DNA from: the human T2T-CHM13v2.0 reference genome, Homo sapiens | Assembly (NCBI RefSeq): GCF_009914755.1 | Contig: NC_060927.1 | Length of the DNA: 64,000 nucleotides | Direction: 5' to 3' (one strand) | Part shown: positions 27,737 through 39,053 of the stretch, in pieces | Position numbering within the stretch: position 1 is the first letter of the stretch | How the letters are laid out: each line of letters begins with the position of its first letter | Translations under genes and position numbers: made by a program | The notes under the pieces: model-generated | Told to the model about the DNA's origin: nothing | The model's database searches: none | Seen by the model: only the letters and a program-made list of their open reading frames with translations

Positions 27737-29180
27737 TGTTATTATTGTCATTGTTTTTTACCTCACACACTCTCATCAGTGCAGCCCCTGCTCCAGCACA
27801 CTCTTCAGCCCCTCCCCCACACCCATTTCAGGGACTTCCACAGGTATGAGCCGCCTGCACTTTCAAACCACTTTCTCCTCCATTTTTAAAAATTAGACGC
27901 ACACAGCATCCCCTTGGGACAGAGCTATTTTCTGATTTTTCTGAGTAGGAAACTGAGGCCCCGAAAGGTCAGACAGTCACCACGGGGATCACTCACAGAG
28001 TTGGGAAGGACCACAGACTTATGCTCCTGGCTCAGGCACTGTCTGAGACACCCACCCAGCCTTGGTGTGGCCCTGTGGGTGCTACAGCCACAGAGCAAGT
28101 GGGATGGAGATGCACACACGCAGGGAGGGGCTGCCTGGCTCCGCAGGTTGCCCCTTGCAGACCAGCAGCTCCGGCCAAGCCATTTTCCCTGAGCTTCAGC
28201 ATCCTCGTGGTGGGGCCATGGTGAGGGCCGGATGTGCACAGGGGCAGCCCAGGGCCTGGCTCGCAAAGGTTGCTTCCTCCCCCTTCTCTTCTTTATTTCA
28301 TTCACCACTCACCTAGTGAGCACCTACTGCATGCTGGCTTCTGAGCTGGGCACTTCAGACTCAAGGAGGAATGGGACGGGGTCCCTGCCCCCATGAGGCT
28401 CTATATCCAGTGATGGAGATACAAGCACATGCCTTTGTTCCTACAAAGTGAGAGGGGCTAATTCTGTCATGTTAGCAGGGACAACAGGAAGCTGCACCCA
28501 CAGGCCTGGCCTTGGGGTCAGAACTGGAGGAAACCACCACTTACAGGGTGAAGAAGAGGATGGGAGAGGAACTCCAGGCAGGGGCAGCTGCCTGAGAAAG
28601 GCTCTGAGGTAGGAAGGAGCAAGCCCTCTGGCAGGTAAGGAGGTAAGAAAGGTTACTGCAGCCAATCACAGGGCTTTGAGTATCAGAGGCATCAAAGTAG
28701 GGACTCCTGGGCTAAATCCAGCTCAAAAGGGAGTGCGTTTGACCCTTAGGGCTTTTTGTTTAGATTGGTGGTTAACATTTTTAAAATTGAGAGAGACAGT
28801 AGGTTAAACTCTAGATTTTTAGCTTCTCTAGAAAAATCAGAAACTCTGGTGGTTGAACCAGAAACCCATAAGGCCCACATTCTCTGGTTCAACACTGTCC
28901 CCAGGCCCATCTCACTCCCTCACTCCACAAATACCTGTTGAGCACCTACTGTGTACCATGCAATATACTAGTCACCGGGAATACAGTGGAAAGCAAAATA
29001 GACACAAGCACAGTCCTCACAGCACTCACTAGAGGGAGAGAAAGGTGATATATGAGCACTTAACATAAAACCCAGCAGTGCAAAGGGCTGGCAGGAATAG
29101 GAAACTCATAGGACCAAAGGACTGCTATCTTATGTGGGATGATTAGGGAAGGCTTCTCTGAGGAGGGGACAGTTGTATAG

Positions 29181-29455
29181 ATTTTTTTTTTTTAAGGCTG
29201 GAGCGCAGTGGTACAATCATGACTCACTGCAGCTTCAACCTCCCAGGCCCAAGTAATCCTCTTTCCTCAGCCTCCTGAGCAGCTGGGACTACAGGCACAC
29301 GCCACCATACTCAGCTGATTTTTTAAATTTTTTTGTAGAAACAAGGTCTTGCCATGTTGCCCAGGCTGGTCTCAAACTCCTGAGCTCAAGTAATTCTACC
29401 TGCCTTGGCCTCCCAAGTGCTAGGATTATAGGAGCAGCCACTGCGCCCAGCCAGC
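29181..29455 (-). mobile_element. AluJ inserted in an L2 remnant
   Basis: Poly-T followed by a diverged Alu. Confidence 0.88.
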
Positions 29456-31868
29456 TGCATAGATCTAAACGAAGTGAGTTACTGAACCAGTGGAAGATCA
29501 ATCCAGCAAAAGGGAACAGCAAGTGCAAAGGCCCTGGGGTCCCCTTCACTCATCTTTTGGGTGAAGGCATTAAAGCCTGAGACCTTACTGTAAGTAATGG
29601 AGCATAATAAGCAATGTGTAAACAGGTGAAAACCACCTTCCAATATGTGTTTCAGATAAAACATCTCTGATCAGTGGTGGAAGAGACATGAGAAATAGGG
29701 AACTGGGTGGAAGGCATATGATAATTTTTTCCAGTGGGGAAAAAAAATCCCCATTAGGATGGCAGGGAAGAGGCAGAGAAGGCTCATGCATGGCATGCTA
29801 AAACCTGAGCCAAGGACAGAGAAGCCAAGAATGCGAGGGGGAATTCTCGTTTCCTTCCTCACCAACTGCATCATCTGCCAACCCCTGCAAAGTGGAGGCA
29901 GGGCAGGTGGAAGAGAGACCGAGAATGCTAAATCTTCTGCAGCCCTGAGGCTTTTTTTATGTGTTTTGGTTTTTTTAAAAAAAAATTATTTTCCAAGCCT
30001 ACCCAGGCTGCTGCCTTAGAAAGCCAACTGCAAAGAAATCACTTTGATGGGTTTTGTGTTTCTCCACCACCTTTCTAAGCCAAATTAGAGTGTAGATTCC
30101 TTGTCCTTTTACCCACAAAGCAAAAGCAAAAGAGATGATTTTAAAGGAGAGGGTAAGAAAAACAAGTCTACAATCTATATCACCATTTGTGGCTGGGGTG
30201 GGGGTTGCGGGGGGCAATTCTGCATGCTGACATCATGATCCATGGCATGGGAAATGACTTCCACCATTCAAAGCTTTATTTGCATTTTTTGGAGGTACAA
30301 GGAGACATTTAAAATCAGCTCCGGTGTTGACACTGCAATTATTAAACCCAAACAAAAGATGCCTTCCAAAGTCTAACTGGTCCTCTGTAAATTTATCTGG
30401 GCCCCCACTACCTGATTTAAGGCAATGAGCAGATGTTTCACAGCAGGAAGTGCATTAGCTCCAGATGCCGCTTTGTTCAGGAAGTGTGTATGCACCCACG
30501 CACTGGAAACCACACACAAACACAAACACAAACACACGCACACACAAACACACACAGGACCTGGGGCAATGAACATTCATGGCTCCCCTTCCAGCATTTG
30601 GCATGACCTCATGGACCATTTGTAACCTCTGCTTGCGGTTCTGACAGGGAAATGAGCAGCAGGAGTGAGGAGCCAATCAAAAGCCGCCTTATCGTCTTCC
30701 CGTTGTCTCCTAGGTAACCGGCATAGGGACACATCAGCTAGCTGGGTACCACAGGGGGACACACACACACACACACACACGCACACACACAACCATGCTC
30801 CCTTAACAGTCCATAACTGCAGAAATGCCGGATGTGCCTATCAGCACCCTGGACAGATCCCCACCCCAACCCAAGACTTCAAAGCCTTTGGTTAACTACG
30901 TTGACAGCCTTTTATCTCCCACAGCTTTCTCACCTCCACCCCCTTACTCATGCTGTTTCTCTGCCTGGGATGCCACTCCCTACTACCATCTCTATCACCC
31001 AAAACTTTGGTCATTTTCGGAGCTAGCCCAAGCTCTTGGTCTCCCAAGAGCTCCGAGCCCCTCCTTCAAGGGCTCCCATCACAATAAGATCCACACTCCT
31101 TTCCCTGGCAGTAAAGGTCCTACACTGATCTGACTTTCCATGATCTGATTCCTCCAACCTTATCATTCTCTCCCTTCCTCTATTCTTCTTTCTCTTCCTC
31201 CAACAGGACAAACTGTCCTCCCCACACAACCCCCTGAAGACCAGGGCTTTTCTTTATATTTGCTGTTCCCTCCGCCTGCCTTGCTTTTCCTTCTGCTCTT
31301 GGTGTGGCTGGGCCTTCTCACTCTTTAGTGCCAGCTCAAAGTCACCTTCCAGGGATGCCTCCCTGATCATCCTAGGCCATCCTGCTATAGAAGCACCCTC
31401 CCGCGGGACTCTCTTCTACATCACCCTGTATTCCTGTGTTGTCTTCATATCATTGATGACTCTCTGAAACTCTCCATTCACATTTATTTGTTCACTTGTT
31501 CTTTGTCTCCCCCTCTAGAATGTAAACTCTGTTTCACAGGGTCTTTTTCTTGTTCACAGTTTTATCCCCCAATACCCAGAACAAGGCCCAGTAAATATTT
31601 GTTGCATGAATGAAAAGTTGTTTCCTTCTTGCTGCATCTATGTTTCCCCCATCTCTCTAATAAGGGTTGGATCTGATGACTTCTATAACACTTCTGGCTA
31701 ACATTCCAAGGGTCTATTAGAGACAGAAAGGGCCAGCATAAGGAGGGAAATTAATCAGGCCACACCACAGGAAGAATCTGCTGGTGGAAATCTGACCTTC
31801 TCAACTGGGTCGCAGCGCCTTCCTCCTCTGAGCAGTCTCCCTGATAGGAATTTGCTGCCGCCCTCAAC

Positions 31869-32076
31869 TCCACACTCCCTAAGCACTGGGCACCTTGAAC
31901 TTTTGTTATCTGAGGGATTGGGGGCAACTTGAGGCTAAGGACTGGCTTTTATTTTTCTGATTGTGCACAGAGGCCAGCCAGAGCCTGGGGAGGGGGAGTT
32001 GGAAAGGGGTCCTCTGGAAGCATTTGCTGCAATAAAAGAAAGAAAATGTCAAGGGGGAGGGTCATTGAAGCACAAG

Positions 32077-32137
<61 letters not shown>

Positions 32138-32253
32138 CAGCTCCAGCTGGTCTCTGCACAATCAGAAAAATAAAAGCCTGTCCTTAGCTTCAAGTTACCC
32201 CCAATCCCTCAGATAACAGAAGTTCAAGGTGCCCAGTGCTTGGGAAGTGTGGA
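31869..32253. repeat. Inverted repeat: 99-bp arms (31869-31967 and 32155-32253) with a spacer containing (TC)n(TG)n
   Basis: Manual alignment of the left arm to the reverse complement of the right arm gives 93/99 identity, ungapped. Confidence 0.95.
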
Positions 32254-33462
32254 TCACACACAAACACAGTCACACACACACAGACACACATACACACACA
32301 ACTCAAAAACGTAATAAAGCAAGAATCACAGAGTATCCCAATCCCAGCAGCTACATGTGTCTCTCTTCAAGGAAGATGACTGCTGTTTAAGATTCTAAAC
32401 CCTGTGTGAGTGATTCTGACACATGTGCTATGTAAGTCTGTGGTGTGTCTTGTCCATTCTCACTGGGCAACAGTAGGCCATGAATTCAAGTAGCCACATG
32501 GTAGACACAAACCTACTGGATCCCCTCAAACCCTAGCAGTGGAACATCTCAAGCTGGCCACTCATGACCCAGAAATCCACCCTGAGCCCTGAGTTCTCCT
32601 CTGACCAACGAGCCCAACAATGCATCAGATCATTTCTCCAAATCTGAAGTTAAATCAGATATAATAATCAAGAAAGGGAGAACAGAACTGGCATTTCTTA
32701 AGCACCTATTATGTGCTGGTTCCTGTGCTAGGATATGTTAGCATTGACTCTTTCTGACCACCCCGCGAGGCTGCCCCTCCAACTTTACAGGTGAAAGCAA
32801 CTGAAGCTCAGAAAAATTAAGTAGTTTCCCCAAGGTCACATAGTTAGTAATCAGAGGGACTTAAGAAGGACATGAGTCTGGTCTTCAAGCCCACTCCTCT
32901 TTGTTGAGGCCTTAAATTATACAACGTGTAGGCAGATGAGCTGGTCTTGTTCAAAACATCCCTCCCGCTGGCTGGGGCCCCTCTCTGAGAGATGCCAGGT
33001 GGATGGCCCTGTCCCTGCATCTATCCCTGTCACTCCTGGGCCTGGCTGACCTCTCCCCACAACCTCTTGTCAAGCAGGACTCACATCTCCAAACCTCTCA
33101 TGTGAGACCCAGCCCACGGGGACTAATTTTCCTGTGGCCCAGAGAAAGCCGGAGATTTTGCCTTTTTAAAATAGTAACTTCCTGCCAGCGCGGGTGGATA
33201 CACCAGCCACCCTCTGATTTAGTGCGGAGCTCAAGGATCAATCCCAACTCAGATTTTCCAAGGAAAATTCAAATGTGGGGCACCTCCTGGCATTGAGGAA
33301 GGCATTGGCCTTCTCTCAAGAGATGTGTTCAGTGTGGGCAAAGCCATTGTTGGTGTCACAAGACTCTCATGCCTCATACATGTCACACACATGCCTTGTA
33401 CACACCCACATGCATCTCAAACATGCCACCCACATAGACACACCATCCACCCGCCTCACCCA

Positions 33463-33498
<36 letters not shown>

Positions 33499-34599
33499 GA
33501 ACACACACACGAGGCAGGGGGTGTCAAGAGCAAGAGAGCTACATAGTCCCTCTCAGGACATTACAGCCCCCACTTCCAAGCCTGTTCTGGACTGTGTGCT
33601 TTGCCAGGGTGCCTCATTTCATCCTTCCTAGGGCCCCAACAGGACAGGTTGCCCCCCACCCCTTTAAAGAGGCAGAAAGTGAGCCTGAGAGAGGCTTGTC
33701 CAAGATCACAGGGCATGCTCAGACGAAAGTTAGTGGTGGGCACCTGGCTCTGCGAGATTTCCTTCTTAATTAGCCCTGCTCCTTGGGGGCGGCTCCGTTG
33801 AGTAGAGGCACTCCTCCAAGACACCGCCCCCCTCCTTATTGGCAGCCCTTCTCCCCTGCCTCCTCCCTCAATCTCAAGGAAGGAAACCTAGGCACCCTCT
33901 CTACCCTAAAGCTGCTCCATCCGCACCAACTCAGGTCAGGCGAGGAGTGGAGGGTCTGCTCCCTCGCTGGGCACACCTATAGGCCCACCAGGGTCTGAGG
34001 CACTGGCTAAGGCTTAATGGCTGTCTAAGCAAGACCCTCCACGGGCTCTGCCTGCAACCCCTCACAACCCAGGATCTCAGTGGGGCCGAGAAGACAGACC
34101 CTACTTGGCCCTGGGACAGGACAGGAGGGGCAGGGACCAGCTCTCTCCGTCTTCCTCCACCCTACCCCAAGTCCCACACAGGAGCTCTGGGCCTGGGCTG
34201 GAAATGGAAACTTTCCCACTAGACTGAGAGAGGCCCAACCTGGGGGGCAGACTGGAAGAAGGTGGGAGGCCTGGAAACTACTAAAAGCTTGCGGGTCACA
34301 TAGATTTAGGTTCCCGGGCAGCTCTACCACCTGCTGGCTGTGTGACCTTGGGCAAGGGGCTTTACCTCTTTGAGGCTCAGTGTCCTTATCTGCAAAGCGA
34401 AAGAAAAATAGCGCCCTCCTAAGGGGGTGATTGTGAAGGTCAAAGGCAGGGGCGATGTGCACAGTCTGCGGGGCCTCGAAGTCAGCCATTATGCCCCCCA
34501 AAGTGAGCAGCGGGTGAGCAGCCACCACTGTGACCTCACCCTGCCCCCGACTCCCAGTTCTGAAAATTCTTCATTAGCACCAAATCCAAACTTTTCCTC

Positions 34600-35730
34600 A
34601 GCAGTGGCAGGACCCAGGCGCGGGTCCTCCTTCCTCCTCCCGCCCCCTCGCGGTCAGACAACAGGTACGCGGGGAGCAGCCCGGGCGGCCCCGCGCAGGG
34701 GTTGAGCCGCAGCGCTGCGGCAGGGGCAGGCCCGGGCAGGGGGCAGTGCGGCGAGTCAGCCCCCTCCCTGGCCTCCTCGCAACTTTGAGTAACCGCGGAC
34801 TCCGGGGTCGGCATGGGGGTGGCGCCGGGCGTTCAAAGGAAAGTTGGGTGCGACGGACCGCAGCCTCGGGGGCCAAAGGACCCCCACCGTGAGCGCGGCC
34901 ACCTCCCGACACCCGGCGGGCTGGCTGGAGGGAGCAGGTGAGGCACGTGGCCGCCTCGCCAAGCCAGGGCTCCCTCCAGGAGCCCGACCCGCCGGCCGGG
35001 CCGGTGGATGCCCCCTCGAGGGCTCAGACCCTTCGCTCCAGCCCCCGGCGGGCGCCCTGCCCCGGGTCCCACACTCCCGCGCCCCGTGGGCCCCACTGCT
35101 GGCTTTCCGGGACCAGGCTCCGCTCCGCAGCTCGCGTCCTGAGGTGATCCTCCAGGCTCCCCACTTTGGGACCCCCTCCTGCGCCTCGGGTGCCGGCGCC
35201 TGTCTTCGCCTCCCGCGGGGACCCTCCCCGGCGCCCCAGGCGTGTGCGCCCCGGGCCAGCTCAGCTCTGGGTCCGCCCTCCGCACCCCGCGCCGCGCGCG
35301 CGCTCACCGGCCGGGCAGCGGCCGCCTCTTACCTTCGTCCGGCAGCCGCTGCAGGCAGAGCGCGAGGTTCCTCCGCCAGCCCCGCATCCCCGCGGCCGCC
35401 CTGCGGCCCGGCCCGGCCTCGCCAGCCCGGCCCCGGCCCCGCCCCCGCCGGGCAGGGCGGCGCAGCGCAGCGCTGGGGAGGGCCGCGGGCCCAGGGCGCC
35501 GCGGGCATGGGCGGCCGCCGAGGGTGGGGGTGCCGGGGCGGCCGCCAGGCGCTCCGCTCCGGCTCCCGAGCCCGCGGCTGAGCAGCTACGCTTTTCGAGC
35601 GCGCGCTTTCCCGGGCGCCGGGGGCGGGATGGCGGTGGGGGCGGGCGCGGAGAGGACGGCTGGAGGGGAGCCCGAAGGCGCCCCAGCCGTCTCGCACCCT
35701 CGCTGACATCCAGCGGCCTCACACACCGTC
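34600..35730 (-). promoter_or_regulatory. CpG island / promoter of the distal GRIP2 first exon
   Basis: Very high GC and CpG density, GC-box-like motifs (e.g. GGGGCGGG, CCCCGCCCC), no interspersed repeats, and it contains the exon above. The TSS cannot be located from sequence alone. Confidence 0.85.
35333..35387 (-). CDS. GRIP2: Alternative first coding exon of GRIP2 (ABP), encoding the 18-aa palmitoylatable leader MRGWRRNLALCLQRLPDE (pABP-L type, Cys11), phase-1 end
   Basis: Manual translation of the minus strand from ATG at 35387-35385 (context GCGGGGATGC, G at -3) gives 18 codons plus G, followed by the donor GAAG|GTAAGA (GT at 35332-35331). It lies in a CpG island. The peptide, with Cys at position 11, matches my recollection of the rodent pABP-L leader and resembles the GRIP1b leader. 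Downstream exons are outside the window. Confidence 0.85.
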
Positions 35731-35789
35731 CTCAGTCTCCCCCACCCCAGGGCTCTCCAACTCATACCTAAATGACTCTAATCACCACG

Positions 35790-36085
35790 AATTAGTGAAT
35801 GAATGAATATGTGAATAAGTGAGTGAATGAATGAATCAGCGCATAAGTGAGTGAATACACAGGTATATGGATGAGTGCATAAGTGAGTGAATGGGCGAAT
35901 GAATGAATGGAGGAATGTACGAGTGAGTGGATCAAGGCCTGAATAAATGTGTCAATAAGTGAATGGGAGAGTGAATGAATGAATGAATTAGTGCCTTTAT
36001 CAATGAGTAAATTAATAAGTGAGTAAATGGGTGAAGGAAAATGTAAATAAGTTACTGAAAAAAATCAATCAATTGAGTGAGTGCC
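35790..36085. repeat. Degenerate (GAAT/GAGT)n simple repeat bordering the CpG island
   Basis: Repeated gtgaatgaatgaat / aagtgagtgaat units. Confidence 0.8.
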
Positions 36086-36416
36086 CCTTGGCCTCAGGCT
36101 TGTAAGAGGCAACAGTGATCTAGGACCCTCCAGAGGAGCCCTCAGCTCTGTCCTGGGAAGGAGGCCTCAGGGTTGCATCTTGTTGATGAGGCCTAAGAGG
36201 CCCAGAGAGGGCACAGCTTGTGTTTGAACACACAGCAAAGGCTGGCGTGGTGGAGATAATAATGATTCCCTCCACCAGGCTGAGGCAGCTGAGCTCATCT
36301 GATTTCAGAGGCTGTGGGGATGAACCACCTGGGGATGGAGCAGAAACGCCTATCTTCAGAAGTCAGATTTGCTTTCTCCAAGGGAATGAGTAGAGAACAG
36401 GTGTGTGTGTGTGCGT

Positions 36417-36455
<39 letters not shown>

Positions 36456-37879
36456 AGCCAATGGAGTACTACACAGCCCTGAAAAGGAGGACGGCCTTCT
36501 TTGTGTCCCAATGGGGAGCCATTTCTGAGGTGCCTTGTTAAGTGAGAAAGGCAAAGTGAAGAACAGTATTTATAACGTGCAGAAAGGAAGGAAAGCTGCA
36601 TTCATATTTGCTCAGATCTGTGGGGAACTATCTCTAGTGGAAACACTGGCCCTCTCTAAAAGAGGACTCACGAGGCCAGGAGCAGGTAGGAGAGGCCCAC
36701 TTTTCATTGAATCCCCCTTTGTGCCTCTTGAAATTTTGAACCCTAGAAATGCATTATCTACACAAAAAATAAGTTGAAATTTTAAAATAGACAAATTTTT
36801 ACAATATTTAAAGTGTTTATACCTTAGTAAAGGCTGCCTCCTCCCACCCAGTCAAGTCAGCCTATATGCCAGGATGCTGTCTCTCCCTGCTCTGGCTCAG
36901 AGAGGAAGAGGGTCTTGCTGGTCAACAGCACAGTAAAATATGACCCTGGTGGTCAGTGCAGAGCACATGATAACCCCTGTGAGGGTTAGGAGGAAAGCAA
37001 GCAGCCTCTGCTTGAACGCTGGGTTTGCCACATTTAAATTGACTGTCTCTAGGCAAATCACCTTGTCTCTTTGAACCTCAGACCCCCCATCTGCAAACTA
37101 GGGATCATCATAATGCCCTAACAGGGCTGAGTAGAGTTGACCCAGCTGCTTGTGTTCCAAAAGAGAGTTCAGCAGTGGAATCCCAGGCATCTTCATACCG
37201 TCAGTGAAGCCATCCGAACTTTGGCATGCAGAAGTTCCACTTTCGTAACGAAGGGAATTATCTCAGGTCCCCAATAATCCTTCAAGGTTGGTATAATTAG
37301 CCCCATTTCACAAATGAAGACACTTGGCCTCAGACAGTTTAAATATCTTGCCCAAGGTCACACCACCAGGAGTAGCAGAATGGGCATTTGAACCCAGATC
37401 TGCCTAGCTCCACAGCATCCCCAGACAGTGCTGCTCACAAAGTCCATCAATATGCTTGTCTCTTATTTATGTTCCTAAGACCCTCGATGGGTCACATTGC
37501 AGCCCTGTATTCATCCTGAATTATTAACCACTTTAGTAAGCAGGGTGCAGGGCCCAGAGGTTGAGTAAGGGAGGGGCAGATCAGCAGGCAGGCCTGAGTC
37601 TGAGGAGTGCTGACTCCAGAGCTTGTCTTAATGGCTGTGAGCTCTGACAAGGAAGTGAGCCTCCCCCGGCAGCAGCATTGTGAATCACTCCTGTCTGCAC
37701 TAAGATTGATGGCCTCCACAGCTAGGATGCCCACTGCTCTGAGGATGACAGAGCTGGAACTGCTGATGGGAGAAGCGAAGATACCAGTGCCAGGAAAGGA
37801 GGCCCCAGCGAAGGAGACCAGTTAGGAGGGCAGGGTGCTGGCCCAGGAACTCCCCATGAGAAGAGGCGGGGGTCCTGTT

Positions 37880-38450
37880 AACGCTGCATAACAGGCCCCT
37901 CTAAACATAAGTGTCATAGAACAATCACTTTATTACGGTCATGAGCTCTAGGGGTTAAAATTTGGGCACAGAAGGCAGAAAGAATATGTCTCAGCTCCAC
38001 ATGGGCTAAGGCCTCAGCTAGGAAGACTCAAAGGGTGGAGTGGTGTGGAGTTGGGGCTGATCCAATAGCTGGGGGCTGGAATCATCTGGAGGGTCTTCAC
38101 TCACTGGTGCCTGGCATCTGAGTTGGAATGACTCAAAGGCTGGACTCAGCTGGAACAGTTGTCCCAGTGCCTACCACAGTGTCTCCATGTGGCCTGGGCT
38201 TTCTCACAGCATGGTGGCCTCGGGGCAGTTAAACTTCTTACGTGGGGCTGAGCTCTAAGGGCGAGTGTTCCAGCTCTACAAGGTGAAAGCTGCATCCCCT
38301 TGGATGACCTAGCCTCAGAAATCGTGTCCCAGCGCTTCCCGCCATCCGGTATCCATCAAAGCAGTCATAAGCTGCCTGGATTCCAGGGGAGGGCGGGGGA
38401 ACCCCACCTCTCATGGGAGGAGTGACAAAGAATTTGCAGCTCTTCTAGAA
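37880..38450. mobile_element. MLT1-type (MaLR) LTR; further MLT1 pieces at ~44560-44970, ~52250-52690, ~62270-62490 and ~63675-64000
   Basis: gctgcataaca; ggggctggaatcatctggagg; tctccatgtggcctgggctt.ctcacagcatggtggcctc; gacctagcctcagaa. Confidence 0.7.
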
Positions 38451-38454
38451 ACCC

Positions 38455-38898
38455 ATGAAAGGAAAGAAAGTGTTAGAGGAAGGAAGAGGAGGAAGAGTAA
38501 CAGAGGATGTCCTATGAATAGAGGAAGTAGTAAGAGAAAATGCAACAGGGCTGAGGAGGAGTCAGAGAGGAAATTAGTTACCAGGAGGAGGGATAGAAGA
38601 AGTAGTAGTAGGAAGAGGAACGATACTGGGAAAGGTACTATTCAGAATAGTGATAAGAAAAAGAATGGTGACGTGAATAGGAAGAACTGCAGTAGGGGAG
38701 GAATGAAGGAGGAGACAAAGCCATCAGGTAGGGAGAGTAAAGGGAGAAGGTGCAAACAGAAGCCCAGTGTTTGAGGGGATCATATAATAAGAATAGTAGC
38801 TAGAATGGCAGCAAGAGCAGTGGACAAAGGGAAAAGGTAGAGGTGATGGGGCCATAACAGGAAGATGTAATCAGAGGAATAGAAATAGGGGAGAAGCT
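38455..38898. repeat. Purine-rich (GA-rich) low-complexity tract
   Basis: About 440 bp dominated by G and A on the plus strand. Confidence 0.75.
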
Positions 38899-39053
38899 GA
38901 GGGGAGAGCATCAGGAAAAAGAGCTAATCCATGCTGGGCTTAATACCTAGGTGATGGGTTGATAGGTGCAGCAAACCAGCATAGCACACATTTACCTATG
39001 TAACAAACCTGCACATCCTGCACATGTACCTGGAACTTAAAAAAGAAAAAAAA
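38899..39053 (+). mobile_element. L1PA (older primate) extreme 3' end with A tail
   Basis: gagagcatcaggaaaaa.agctaat.catgctgggcttaatacctaggtgatgggttgataggtgcagcaaacc...gtaacaaacctgcacatcctgcacatgtacc, with agaaatagg on both flanks. Confidence 0.85.

Noticed and set aside
34536-35771. Multiple overlapping 100-245 aa Pro/Arg/Gly/Ala-rich ORFs
   Set aside because: Stop-codon depletion is expected in a CpG island. Only the 55-nt spliced leader has a donor site and a recognisable peptide.
38514-38774. Lys/Arg/Glu-rich 86-aa ORF
   Set aside because: It is a by-product of the purine-rich low-complexity tract.
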